From Octopus vulgaris (lineage: Eukaryota), in NCBI GenBank assembly GCA_951406725.2, contig OX597824.1:81654001-81718000 (forward strand): a stretch of DNA of 64,000 nucleotides, given 5' to 3'. The notes beneath the pieces are model-generated. The model saw only the letters and a program-made list of their open reading frames with translations, had not been told where the DNA came from and ran no database searches. The position numbers and the translations under genes are program-made. Of this stretch, positions 39,891 through 53,213 are shown one piece after another. Position 1 is the stretch's first letter, and every line of letters starts with the position of its first letter.

Positions 39891-42880
39891 TATAAGATTG
39901 AGGTGGAAATAGAACAGAAGTAAGTCTAGGACATTTCAATTTAAGAGGGAATTAAATAAAAATGATATTAAAAATTACCGGTTTTCATGTATTTCATCTT
40001 AACAAATATCAGTAAAAATTCATATAAATTTATCTCTGGGGGTTTCTCTCTGGCAATTTCTCTCTGGCAATTTCTCTCTGGCAATTTCTCTCTGGCAATT
40101 TTTCGTTGAAGTTTTCTTTAAATATATTTTGGTATAGAGTTCAAAGTTTTAGAGAGTGTGGGAAGGGGTATCTACTGTCTAAAAGAAATCTTTGTGTGTT
40201 CCTGTCAATGGAGCGTCTATAATACCTTTATTGTATGTATTTTATATCTACCTGTGTGTGTGTGTTTTTTGTGTTGAATGTTCATTCACTATGTTTTGAA
40301 AATGCTTAACCAGCCAAGAAGTTGACTGTCTATGCCACTTCATATGTGAACCAAGCATATGCTATGGTTTACCTAAAATCCATAAATTCAAAAGTATAAA
40401 TGATGCATGCATATCCTCTAAAAACAAATGCATTTTGCTAACGCATCCAGATGAACTAAAATTGAGAGAAATCATAGCAAGCCCGACATATGAAACACCC
40501 AGACTCAGCAACTTCTTAGTCATCCTCCTAAAACATATACAGAGCTACATACGAGATGACCTAGACATGCTAAATCATCTGACATAAACGGTAAATAAAC
40601 ATACAATTTGTTTTACTTCATTTGATGTTGACAACCTATACACCAACATTCCCATGATTATGGAATAACTGCAATCCACTACTGGTTAGATGTTCACCAA
40701 TCCAAACTTCAAACACGCATAGCAAAAGAATTTAACATTAGTGGGCTCAGATTCATACTTGAAAACAACTTTTTTTTACCTTCAACGGTTTGGATTACCG
40801 TCAAACATCAGGAACGGTGATGGGTACGAAAATAGCCCCCACATACGCCAGCTTAGTTATGGGATTCCTCGTACAAAATATCTACAACCAATCTCTTCTA
40901 ACTGGAAAATATATCTGGATGATTGCTTTACTTTATGACAGGAAAATCTTAACAAGTCAACTGAATTCAAAAACATGATAAATAACCACGGTGATAACAT
41001 CTAATTCACAATGGAGTTTAATCCCAAAGAATTTGCCTTTCTGAATATCCTAATCAAAAACCAAGATGAGAAAATAGAAACAGGCATATTCTAGAAACCC
41101 ACCAACTCCAAACAGCACCTTCTTTTCACATCATGTCACCCGAAACACATCAAACTCAAAGTCCCCTTCAATTTGGCAAAACGAATTTGTGCCATAACAA
41201 GAGAACCATCCAAACGGGAACAAAGATTAGAGGACTGAAGGACACACTTATCCAAAGAGCCATCCCTCCTGGAATAATCACCAACCGAATAAACAAGGCG
41301 AAATAAACGGATATCAATGAACTTAGGAAATCAAAAACAAGAAAGGAAATATGTCTTGCCATTCGTGTCAACCTTCAGTTCCAGGAACACGGAAATATTT
41401 GATCACGTTCACAAAATCCTCCCCATCTTATTTGCAGATGAAAGAATTAGAACAATCTTAGAAAAACAATGAATCATCAAAAGCAAAAGGCAGCTCAAAA
41501 CATCAAAACTCATTTTCAGTGGAGTACAAACACGTAAAGAAACACACAACCTGACGATCACAAAATTCTAGAAAACAAACTATGGTACTTGCCTTTACGT
41601 GATTGAAGGGCCAGAATTTAAATTCAAAGATGGTCAACCCTTCAAAATCAAGTCCAATCACAGCTGCAACACGGAAAGCCTGATCTGCGTAATCACAAAC
41701 AATGGTTGACAACATAATTACAATGGTCAGACGGGTGGAGCGTTACGCAACAGAACGACGACCCCATCGCCAACAGATCCGAGACAAAAGCACAAGGAAA
41801 ATTCCTTTAAGTAGTCACATTGCAGCCTGTACAGGAATTGCCTGACCAAATTTCAAAATATTTCCCCTCTACAAGTGTTAAGATTCCCTTACACAACAAG
41901 ACTGAATAAAGAAAGACAATTTATCAACAAATACAAACCACATTTAAATATAGACCCAACCACAAGCAATATATAAGATCAGACACTTCAAAATAATTTT
42001 ATACACATTATTATCATTTTGTAAAATACTTGCCATCATTTCCTAAACTTTTTCCAATATTCATATATGCAAGCACGCACACACACAAACACACACTCAC
42101 AGATACACACAAACACAAGCACACACACACAAACACACATACACACACATACACACGCAAAAGAAAACATCACAAAAACACACACACACACAACTCTGTA
42201 TACACACACACCAACACACACATACACACAACAGAAAACATCGCAAAACAACACTCACGCACACGCACAAAGACACCCACATTTACACATCAACGCACAC
42301 ACGAACACACACGCATATACACAGCTGGTGATCACACACATGCACACAGATGGAGACACTCAAAAGAATACATTTAGCACACAAAAAAAACTAATTCTTT
42401 TTTCAAGTCATTCTTCACAACATACACACCTAACAACTCACCGCTGGTCATTTTCCAAAACATATTGAAAGGACATTCAACACAATACACACACACACAC
42501 ACACACGCACAAAGGTGGACATAAAACCCATTCAATAAATGTGTTATAACCACTCACTTGACAAGAGCACACAAAGATTTCTTTTAGAAAATAGACGCAT
42601 CTCTCACTCCCTAACATTTTGAACTCTTTACAAAACTATTTTCAAAGAAAACTTCAACAAAAAATTTTCAGACATGTTCTTGACCCCCAGACAGAAGTTG
42701 AACTGTTTTCACTTCAATTTTGTATAATTTTTTTCTGATATTTGATAAGATAAGATTCATCATCGAGACTGGTAAATTCTTTATATACATTTTCTAAATC
42801 AGCTTAATTAAATTGTCTCTTAAATCGAAATATATTACATTTACTTCTGTACTATTTCAACGTCTATCTTTTATATATAA
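39891..42880 (+). mobile_element. Old Penelope-like element with inverted pseudo-LTRs (39891-40305 versus 42448-42880)
   Basis: Diverged inverted arms, e.g. ctaaaagaaatctttgtgtg versus cacacaaagatttcttttag; both outer ends lie in TA-rich tracts. Confidence 0.8.
40345..41960 (+). pseudogene. Degenerate PLE reverse transcriptase plus GIY-YIG ORF
   Basis: YGLPKIHK, SYIRDDLDMLNHL, TSFDVDNLYTNIP, QTSGTVMGTKIAPTYASLVMG, YLDDCF, KPTNSKQHLLFTSCHP, KERQFINKYKPHLN; many stops and frameshifts. Confidence 0.9.
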
Positions 42881-42919
42881 AAATTTGATTTGTATAGATC
42901 TCTAATCTTTTTTCAACCC

Positions 42920-43002
<83 letters not shown>

Positions 43003-43187
43003 GTGAGAATTTACAACAAAAAAAAAAGACTAAGACGGTTGTGTAAACAGAAAACATGAACTAGTTTTAACGCTCGGAAAATGAGAAAGTCTTCTACGTT
43101 TCGAGCCTACGCTCTTCGACGGAAAGGAACACAGAAATAAACAAGGAGATAATATAGAAAAGGGTTTAATGGCTAGCGATCTATCAT
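43003..43187 (-). mobile_element. PLE pseudo-LTR ('gagaatttac' family) with decayed hammerhead at ~43090-43124
   Basis: Related to 61004-61170 and 16588-16633; gagc(gtag)gctc-GAAAC-GTA. Confidence 0.6.
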
Positions 43188-43207
43188 ATATATGTATATA
43201 CACATAA

Positions 43208-43361
43208 GACAGGCTTCTTTCAGTTTCTATCAATAAAATCCACTCACGAGGGTTCGGTCAACCTGAAGTTGCCCAATTTCCCAAGATGCTGTGCAGTGGA
43301 ACTGAACTCGGAACCATGGAAGTCGAGAAGTTAACTCCTTACCACACAGCCACGCCTGTGC
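43208..43361 (-). mobile_element. SINE family A 5' part
   Basis: Diverged match to the family A head. Confidence 0.7.
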
Positions 43362-43437
43362 TTATTGAACACACATATAAATGTACGTGTGTGTGTTTTT
43401 GAGGGTGGGGTTGTGCGGTAGGGTACATATGTTTGTG

Positions 43438-43532
<95 letters not shown>

Positions 43533-43894
43533 GCAATTTCACAGTATACCTTCCCTTAATAATCACTGCGCAGATACTCCGTGTGGAAAAAACTTCCAAA
43601 TCAACAAAAAAAATGTTTATCTTCCGTTGATGGACAGACGGATGTGCAGAGTAGTTCTCAGACAATAAACTTAACATTGTACTGTGCGTTTTTGCGTTAT
43701 ATAAATATAATACAAATACAAATGAGACGGATGTTTTTAATTTTTGTTGTCGCAATTTTTCTCAAAAAAATTTTATGTTGTGTCTGACCCATTATTCCAA
43801 AATTTTTACCATTTATAATAGACAAATATTTTTGAATAGGTAGGCTTTTTTTCTCTCTCTTGTACGTGATTGTTCCTCTCTTTCCTGTCTCTCA

Positions 43895-43947
<53 letters not shown>

Positions 43948-44061
43948 GTCGCTCTAACTTTGTATATGTGTGTGTCTGTGTCTGTGTGCGTATGTATACA
44001 CATACATATACACATGTATATAAATATATATACATTCATACATGTATTCATGAATACATAT

Positions 44062-44113
<52 letters not shown>

Positions 44114-44119
44114 GTATAC

Positions 44120-44188
<69 letters not shown>

Positions 44189-44345
44189 GTATATATATAT
44201 ATATATATGGATAGATAGATAGTTAAAGATATATGTGTGTGTCTGTCTGTCTGTGTATACACATATACACACATACATGTATATATAAATATATATATAT
44301 AAATTCATACATGCATTGATGAATACACACACACATATACATACG

Positions 44346-44383
<38 letters not shown>

Positions 44384-44974
44384 TTTATATATGTTTATAT
44401 ACATCATATATATATGTGTGTGTGTATTGATATGTGTGTGTGTATGTATGTCAATATATTTATGAATATGTATGCATGCATGTATTTACATATAAATGTT
44501 CAACTTTTTCTATTTTACTCTCTCTTCTTTTGCTTCTCCTTAACCCTCAGCTCACTCTTTATCTTGCTATGTCCTCTCCCTCCCTCTCCCTCTCTCTGTC
44601 TCTCCCTCTCTCTCTCTCTCTACTCTCCCTCTCTCTCTCTTTCTCTCTCTCCTTCTATCTCAATCTGTTTGGGAAAGTAACGCAAATTACAATGAGAGAT
44701 TTTTCTTGTAGCTGAAGTGATTTTTTTTCTTGGTAAATATTCCAAATTGAAGAAATATCTTTACGAAAATATCAGTAGACTTATTGAAAGAGATATTCCT
44801 TATTTCCTTGATATTTTTTGTTGTTTTTATTTATTTATTTATTTCTTTATTGAAATACCTAAGGATTAGTGAGGAGGTAGGTGGGGAGTGTTGGCTTAAC
44901 TCAACATACTACAGTCTTGATGTTGATATAGGTCTGTAAATATAGATTCATCTATTTTGAATGGATATATCTTT

Positions 44975-45010
<36 letters not shown>

Positions 45011-45420
45011 GACTGACAAGCAGAGACAGACAGACAGGGGAAGAGAGACGTCCAGAGAGAAAGAGAGACAGAGATCCACAGAGAGAGAGACGTCCAGAGA
45101 GAGAGAGAGAGAGAGAGACGTCCTAAGAGAGAGAGACACGTCCAGAGAGAGAGAAACGTTCAGAGAGAGAAACGTCCAAAGAGAGAAAGACATCCAGAGA
45201 GAGAGAGAGAGACACCCAGAGAGAGAGAGAGAGAGAGACGTCCAGAGAGAGATGTCCAGAGAGAGAGAGAGAGAAAGAGAGACGTCCAGTGCGAGAGAGA
45301 AAGAAAGAGAAAGAGATAGCCAGAGAAAGAGAGAGAGAGAGAGTTGGACGTCCAGGGAGAGAGCGAAATACGTCCAGAGAGAGAGAGAGAGAGCAAATGA
45401 CGTCCATAGAAAGAGAGATA
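44975..45420. repeat. (GA)n array punctuated by GACGTCCA
   Basis: About a dozen gagagaGACGTCCAgagag variants. Confidence 0.85.
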
Positions 45421-45429
45421 AACCTATTG

Positions 45430-45536
45430 TATCACGTGATGATGTATCTTCTGCACCACGGGGTGCATTCGATTTCATATCGTTCCGCACCTACTAGGGA
45501 GCAGTACAGAAGCATACCGAAACGATCGTTGTGATA
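45430..45536 (+). ncRNA. Type I hammerhead motif, C3G variant, long stem II
   Basis: uaucac-GUGAUGA-uguaucuucug...cagaagcauacc-GAAAC-gauc-GUU-gugaua; perfect 6-bp stem I. Confidence 0.65.
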
Positions 45537-45574
45537 AATAAAGTTTCCAATACACTCTGTCTTCCGTATCGATG

Positions 45575-45623
<49 letters not shown>

Positions 45624-45653
45624 GCGAGAATGAAGCAACAAGAATGGATAGGT

Positions 45654-45744
45654 TTTTAGTACGATCGTTTCATACAAGGACAGGTTTTATTAAAAGTTGC
45701 AAAAATTACAGCATATAAACGTGTCCCGTACTCATCAGCTAAAA
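45654..45744 (-). ncRNA. Type I hammerhead ribozyme, intact core (left arm)
   Basis: Reverse complement of 46268-46358. Confidence 0.8.
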
Positions 45745-46267
45745 TACATGTGAGTTCTCTAGACATAAATAGCAGTAATCTGATTAATGTGACAAATACC
45801 TATTCATATAGCAAGATTTGATACCTACCTCATTGTGTTCAACCATTGATAAATTTATCGCCGGTGAATATGAAATTCCTTGAAATTTACACCTACACCA
45901 TTGGAAATTGTGCATCTATACAAAGGATTAACTCACCCTCTCTGTAATGCTAATAAGCAGGAATTGAAACCCACCTCGTTGTAATTGACAATGGATAAAT
46001 TTGCTTTCTGTGAGTATGTAACCCCTCATCATATCTCTGGAAATTCATATGTGCACTATGGATCGGGTCACCTTCTCTGTGATGCTATTAAGACTTTTTT
46101 GAAATTCTGTGATGCTATTAAGACTTTTTTGAAATTCTGTGATAAGACTGTACATCATCTTTAAAGAACTTTAATGAACTTTTGAAATCTGTTTATGTTA
46201 CTTAATTATCTACATTACTTCATGAGTATAGCCTCAACCACTAGGATGTCTAGAGAACTCACATGTA

Positions 46268-46358
46268 TTTTAGCTGATGAGTACGGGACACGTTTATATG
46301 CTGTAATTTTTGCAACTTTTAATAAAACCTGTCCTTGTATGAAACGATCGTACTAAAA
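46268..46358 (+). ncRNA. Type I hammerhead ribozyme, intact core (right arm)
   Basis: uuuuag-CUGAUGA-guacgggaca...uguccuuguau-GAAAC-gauc-GUA-cuaaaa. Confidence 0.82.
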
Positions 46359-46590
46359 ACCTATCCATTCTTGTTGCTTCATTCTCGCTTATAATCACCC
46401 CACATTACTGTATTGTTAAATCAGTATAGTTTTTTTTGGTGCATCTAAGTTAGGTACCATATTCAAGTAAATTCATTTAAATTAACTTGAATCTTTATTG
46501 CTTTTTATATATATATATATATATATATATTAACAGAATGAGATATAAATCCAAGGGTGTGAAAGGTGTCAGAACATTAATAGATAGAAT

Positions 46591-46638
46591 GTCTTACAGC
46601 TGTTTCCAGGATATTTTATATACCCCTTCATCAGAGAC
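46591..46638 (-). ncRNA. Type I hammerhead ribozyme, intact core
   Basis: gucu-CUGAUGA-a-gggguau(auaaa)auauccu-g-GAAAC-agcu-GUA-agac. Confidence 0.8.
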
Positions 46639-46859
46639 GGTGTGAGAAAATGGTTAAGCAATAGTTATTCTAGATAAGATATGAAATAGAGAGGAATGAA
46701 AATAGACGTGAGACATGCAGGGATATAGCATCCTCAGTTCCATTATTATTTAGGCAGAATGGTATACATACAAGATTCCAGTACCTTGTAAGTTCCAATA
46801 ATACTAAAAAAATTGGTCATTCCAAGCATAGAGTTTGTAGCTTGCTTAACTGTAGCCAG

Positions 46860-46999
46860 TGTTCCACTGGTAATTATTTTATCGATTCTGAAAGAATGAA
46901 AGTCGACCTCGGCTGAATGTGAACTCAGAACGTAAACATGGACGAAACACCGCTAACCATTTTGCCCAGCATCTTAACGATACAGTCAGTTCTCCGCCC
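46860..46999 (-). mobile_element. SINE family B, decayed
   Basis: gtcgacctcggctgaatgtgaactcagaacg...cagttctccgcc. Confidence 0.7.
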
Positions 47000-47469
47000 T
47001 CAGAGTTTCTAAAATATCACCACCAAACAGGAGTGTTATAACATCCTTGACAATGTTCAAACGTTGATCAGTTTTCTCATTCATACCAATAGAGAACCGT
47101 TAAGACATTCACCCTTATATAAAAACCTTGTCTCATCTACATTTAAAATAAGATCCACGAGATATTTACGACTGTGTACAAAGGCTTCGCATTATTCAGG
47201 GAATGTTTTAGCAAATACGGTAACTGCAAGCGCCGCTTCACTAGTTATTTTAATACAACGCCACTTAATGCGTAACTTATTGCCTGCAAACAAGATCCTT
47301 GTGTCCTATAAATGTTTAATTCTTAGCCTATTAAATATATGGCCGTCACACGCAATCAAGTGTGAATTGAATTCAGAATGTAGAGTTACTTTCATCCTTA
47401 TGACACTCACATTTATAACATCGCAGAACATCCTACGTGCGACAAATACACTCATACATACATAGGAAC

Positions 47470-47934
47470 ACACTCACACACACACACGCACATGCACACG
47501 CACACACATACGTATGTATGTATGTATGTATGTATGTATGTATGTATGTATGTATGTATGTATGTACGTATGTATGTGTGTATGTATGTGTGTATATATG
47601 TATGTGTGTATGTATGTATGTATGTATGTATGTATGTGTATGTATGTATGTATGTATGTGTGTATGTATGTATGTATGTATGTATGTATGTGTGTATGTA
47701 TGTGTGTATGTATGTATGTGTGTATGTATGTGTGTATGTATGTATGTGTGTATGTATGTATGTATGTATGTATGTGTGTATGTATGTATGTGTGTATGTA
47801 TGTATGTGTGTATGTATGTGTGTATGTATGTATGTATGTATGTGTGTAAATATGTATGTGTGTATGTATGTATGTATGTATGTATGTGTGTGTGTGTGTA
47901 TGTATGTATATATGCATGTATGTATGTATGTATG

Positions 47935-47965
<31 letters not shown>
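47470..47965. repeat. (TATG)n/(TGTG) microsatellite
   Basis: Direct reading. Confidence 0.95.
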
Positions 47966-48662
47966 GTATTGTAGAGCTTCTTTTAGCCAACACTGTAACC
48001 CTTTATGTATAATTCAGACATGAAGATATTGATCTATATACATCTTCCTGGACATAAAATCTAGAATGATATCTAGCCTATGTAGTGTATAAGTGTAAAG
48101 CACTAAAAGAAAGCACCATTAACGCATCAGTAATTTATTAAACGAAATAGTCGACAAAAATGCGTTTTATATGCAAATTAGTTCATTCGATTTTACTTAC
48201 GCCCATAGTACTAATGGTTCTATAAGCAGAATCTCATATTATATATGAGATTCAGTATATAAGCCGTAATGCATATATACCTATGTATAAAGGAATACTT
48301 ATGTGTGTGCGTGTACATGTGTATGTGATAGCCGAAATTAAAATATAAAAGCGACAGTATTTTAAAGGAAACTTCACACACACAAAACCACCATGCGTTA
48401 CAAGCATTTTTTAGAAATGTAATCTCCAACACAATCCCTGCAAAATGTAATGGTAGTGTCACTTGAATTAGTAATAAAACGACCACAGAATTATATTGAG
48501 AACATTTAAAACACCTAAAGAGATAATAAAGAACGAAAACAGTTGCTATAACTACAGGATATATCATATTTTTTTAGGCTGAAATATTCCATCCCATCAC
48601 ACGCACACACAGACAGAGGCACACGCGCGAACACACAAACACAAAAACAAACAAAAAACAAA

Positions 48663-48726
<64 letters not shown>

Positions 48727-48799
48727 CATAGGGCTGTATATTGTGTATGTATATACATATATATGCATGTATAATGCATATATATATGTGTGTGTTGTG

Positions 48800-49178
48800 T
48801 GGAGGGGCAATGGCCCAGCGATTAAGATAGTGGACTCACGGTCATAGGTTCGTGATTTCGATTCCCAGACCGGGCGTTGTGAGTGTTTATTGACCGAAAA
48901 CACCTTAAGCTTGACGAGACTCCGGCAGGGGATGGTGGTAAGCCTTGCTGTACTCTTTCACCACAACTTTCTCTCACTCTTACTTCCTCTTTCTGTTGTA
49001 CCTGTATTTCAAAGGGCCGGCCTTGTCACTCTCTGTGTCACGCTGAATATCCCCGAGAACTACGTTAAGGGTACACGTGTCTGTGGAGTGCTCAGCCACT
49101 TACACGTTAATTTCACGAGCAGGCTGTTCCGTTGATCGGATCAACCAGAACCCTCGTCGTCGTAACCGACGGAGTGCC
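48800..49178 (+). mobile_element. SINE family C, full length
   Basis: tRNA-like head with tggcccag(t)ggttag and gtttcgattccc boxes; near-identical to 53214-53593. Confidence 0.87.
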
Positions 49179-49247
49179 TCTAGTCTCTAGTATGTATGGT
49201 GTGTATGTATGTATGTATGTATGTATGTATGTATGTATGTATGTATG

Positions 49248-49340
<93 letters not shown>

Positions 49341-49343
<3 letters not shown>

Positions 49344-49590
49344 AGTTATAACGAAATGAAACTGAATAGTGATTTTTCAAAATGATTTAATAGGCAGCTT
49401 TCAGGATTGCGAAATATAACAGGAAATTCATCCATTATGTAAGACGTTTCTCAGTAACAACATTTTTATATTTAAATGGTTTGAAAAAGTAATGTTCAAC
49501 TCAGGAACATCTTGAATTTCCTGTTACATATTACGCAGATCTGAAACGTAAGTAATATAACCGTTCGGTTTTATTTCATTATTACAACTT
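49341..49590. repeat. Decayed inverted repeat between (TA)n tracts
   Basis: ttcaggattgcgaaatataacaggaaattca versus tgaatttcctgttacatattacgcagatctgaa, plus outer arms. Confidence 0.55.
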
Positions 49591-49602
49591 ACATATATCT
49601 AC

Positions 49603-49647
<45 letters not shown>

Positions 49648-49735
49648 AACATATATACATATACGTATGCATGTATATATATATACATATACATATATAT
49701 ATATACATATATATATGTACGTATATATATATACG

Positions 49736-49813
<78 letters not shown>

Positions 49814-49815
<2 letters not shown>

Positions 49816-49975
49816 TTAATCCAAACAAGAAAGCACAAAAAACCACAACAACGCGAGGACGTTGAACAAAAATAGTATTATTGGACGCTCAGGAAAGAAG
49901 GAAAGAAGGAGGACTTAACGTTTCGAGCGGAGCTCTTCGTCGAAAACATAGGAGAAGGAAAGATCCAAAGAAGGT
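49814..49975 (-). mobile_element. PLE pseudo-LTR ('gttaatccaaac' family), hammerhead core mutated
   Basis: Matches 12591-12795. Confidence 0.7.
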
Positions 49976-50734
49976 TAAATTACAAAGGGAATTATTTAAT
50001 CTTAAACTGTAGTGTATGTTCTATGCATCCTTGTAGAGTGCATATCATTTCATACTTTCAGAAGACGTGCGACTGTAACTTAGAAGTCTAGGCCTGATAG
50101 CATTTGCGGACAGTAAATAAAATGCGTGTTGCATGTGTGTATCTCTGTCTGTATATCTGAATGTGCATGAGTGAGTGTGTGTGTGTGTGTGTGTGTGTAT
50201 TTGGTTTTTTTTTTTTTTTGCGGATCGAAATAGATGAAATATGTAAATCTGTTGAAAGAGAAAATAAAAAAGTAAAACAATAAAGCAGAGCTCTTGAATC
50301 AAGAATTCTCTAGAAAAATCTCCTTACGCAATTTGCTCAAACGTTCTTGTGTAACTCTACTAAAAGTTAATGCAGTGCACGAAATATCTGAAGCGGAGGA
50401 AACACATAACGAACGACATCTCTGAGCGCGAAAGGAATTATATAATATACAAATAAGAAACAAAATAAATTACTGCGATGTTCGAGTGTGTGCCAAAGCC
50501 ACCTGCGGCGCAAATGAAGTAAGAATGCTCTTCAGGTGATTACGGGAAACGCATCATGATTTCAACAAGCCATCAGGTGAACATATATTTTACTGCACTC
50601 TCACATCGCATTTGCATGTTATGATATATTAAATTATTATTATATAACTAATTGTGTGTGAGAGTGGGGTTCATACATACATACATACATACATACATGC
50701 ATACGTGTGTATATATATATATATATATATATAT

Positions 50735-50827
50735 GTGGCACCTTGGGCAAGTGTCTTCTACTATAGCCTCGGGCCGACCAAAACCTTGTGAGTGGATAGG
50801 GTAGACGGAAACTGAAAGAAGCCTGTC

Positions 50828-50878
<51 letters not shown>

Positions 50879-51093
50879 TGTGTGTGTTTTTGTGTCTGTG
50901 TTTGTCCCCCTAGCATTGCTTGACAACCAATGCTGGTGTGTTCATGTCCCCGTTACTTAGCGGTTCGGCAGAAGAGACCGATAGAATAAGTGCTGGGCTT
51001 ACAAAAGTCCCGGGGTCGAGTTGCTCGATTAAAGGCGGTGCTACAGCATGGCCGCAGTCAAATGACTGAAACAAGTAAAAGAGTGTAAAAGAG
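50735..51093 (+). mobile_element. SINE family A, 5'-truncated
   Basis: Begins at gtggcaccttgggcaagtg. Confidence 0.85.
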
Positions 51094-51122
51094 AAAAAAA
51101 AATATATATATATATATATATA

Positions 51123-51520
51123 CTAGCAGTATCGCCCGGCGTTGCTCGGGTTTGTAAGGGAAATAACCATATAAGCATTTTTAGAGAGTTATAGCCAAAA
51201 AATAGCAAAAAAATGCATTAAAAATTGAAAAAAAATTAAGGTAAATTTTTTTTTTTAAATCGTTGACACATCGTAGATATTTTTAGAGAGTTACTTCCCT
51301 TATATAAAAGCGAAAAAAATGCATTAAAATGGAAAAATATGATGGTAAATTTTTTTTAAATCGTAGACTCATCGTAGACGCGCGCTAATACCCAAAAGGG
51401 CTCGATATGAATCACGACTATAAGATACCCGCTTTTGGTTAAACTGCACCTCAAAATGTGGGAGTAGTTACGAATCTAAATCGAAGGGGACAGACACAGA
51501 ACTTCACTCTTATATAAAGA
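51123..51520 (-). mobile_element. Non-autonomous Helitron with internal ~100-bp duplication
   Basis: Same TC...hairpin-CTAG termini as 38016-38310. Confidence 0.85.
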
Positions 51521-52384
51521 TGCTTTTTTTTTTCAGTCATAGAGTTAGATTTATGAAGGTCTTCAGTAGAAAATCCTTCGAATTCTGACTCGCTGCTTGA
51601 TATAATGAAATTCGTATCCATTTTTTGTCAGAATTACAAATTTTGAAAACACAATAGGAACAAATTTCGGAAAAAAATCTCCCATAATTCACGGAATTAA
51701 AATTACACTTCGATTTTTGTACAAAACTGTATTTGAAGTGTTTACGAAGTATAATACGTGTTTTCACGAATGTACTAAAGAGATTTACTCTGATATTCTT
51801 ATTTAAATATGAATAGGTAAATTCGGGCGGTTTGGTAACGAAAGGGTTTATATAAGTGTCGTCTGTTTATACATAAACACTGTTTCATACTTTCAGTTTA
51901 GTCTTGTTCAAATCACTCTGTCGCTAATTTACTCTCTTCCAAGAACATTTTCACTCACTCTTATCTGTTAGCTTCCCATACATTTTACTCATGTATCTAT
52001 CAGCGTGATAGACAGAAACAAATATTACATCTAGTTTCACTTTATTCATTGCACACTGTGTGTGTGCGTTTGCATGTGGTGTAAACCAGATTAAGAAAAG
52101 CATTTGACACACACACCAGAATGTGAGTTTTCTGTAAATTTTGCTTAATTGGAGTTTAATTTTAAAAACTGGACCTGGCATGACGCGATGCATTCTACTC
52201 TTAAAAATGCTAGGTAAATTGTAATTGAAGAAATCCTATATTGTAGATTTCTATAACTCCCAAAGGGAGGCAGATAAAATCTGCCTTTTATAATAAGAGA
52301 TATATATATATATTTCGTTTGAGGATTTGGTTTACAAGATTCTTCATGTGAATTCGTGTGATGAAGCATTTTTCATTGTGTCTA

Positions 52385-52560
52385 GGGAGAGTCATTCTCT
52401 TTAGGTGCCTTATTATTTAACACACTCGCCTTTTCGATTTCCACTCATTTATTTATTTACTTATTTATTTGTTTTTTCTATAAATAAATAAGTAAAAAGA
52501 GTGGAAATCTAACCGGTGTGTGTGTTAAATAATAAGGCACTAAAAGAGAATTACTCTCCC
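52385..52560. repeat. Fold-back inverted repeat (~80-bp arms)
   Basis: gggagagtcattctctttaggtgccttattatttaacacac...ttacttatttattt versus aaataaataagtaa...gtgtgttaaataataaggcactaaaagagaattactctccc. Confidence 0.85.
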
Positions 52561-52599
52561 CACACACACAGACACACACACATACACACACACACATAT

Positions 52600-52810
52600 A
52601 CGGTTAGTAAGGAGAGACACACAAATAAGAAAGAAGAAAGCAAAGGACTACTGATGCGGTCACAGGAGTGTGACGAAAGAACTCTGGTCGAAATAAGATT
52701 AAGTTTAATGTAAAAAATCAATAACACTGATGCAAAGTAACATCAAATATATAGTGCGTGTGTTTTTATTGGCTAATCTGGCAAAATGACCATTCCTAAA
52801 TACAACAATA
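52600..52810 (+). mobile_element. PLE pseudo-LTR with variant hammerhead at 52646-52689
   Basis: Reverse complement of ~1710-1915; gacta-CTGATGC-g-gtcaca(ggag)tgtgac-GAAAG-aa-CTC-tggtc. Confidence 0.75.
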
Positions 52811-53213
52811 TATATATATGCATATATGTATATATGTTTGTGTGTTTGTATGTGTGTGCGTGTTTATATGCAGGAAGATATATATATATATATATTAAAT
52901 GTATGTATACAGAAAAAGAGAGAGGCCGAGAGACATAATCGGAAAGATAGATGCTTCTATATTCAACCTTGCTCCTCTATAGTGTAGAGTCTACCAAGCC
53001 AAAAATGTTAGCCTCCCACAATCTTAAAAGCCATTTCGCATAACATGGAAGAATGATGCAAACAACGAAATGTGAAGAGCTTCAGTGTGAGACGTGTGAA
53101 ATCATTGGACATAGTAAAAGTAAATAATTATAGAATGCAAAGGAATGGAAGATTAATGCCAATATAAATTGAAAAAAAAATCTTGTTTACTGCATGATGT
53201 ACCATCAATGCGT

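Larger units (their letters stand above)
45624..46388. mobile_element. PLE-type insertion with 143-bp perfect inverted arms (45624-45766 / 46246-46388)
   Basis: Arms appear identical by eye and each contains a complete hammerhead; the element continues to (TA)n at ~46506. Confidence 0.88.

Noticed and set aside
44961-45497. 178-aa Arg/Glu-rich ORF
   Set aside because: It is the translation of the (GA)n/GACGTCCA repeat.
51540-51850. Possible piggyBac-like end (gtaacgaaagggttta)
   Set aside because: Only one imperfect terminus was seen, with no matching partner or TTAA pair.
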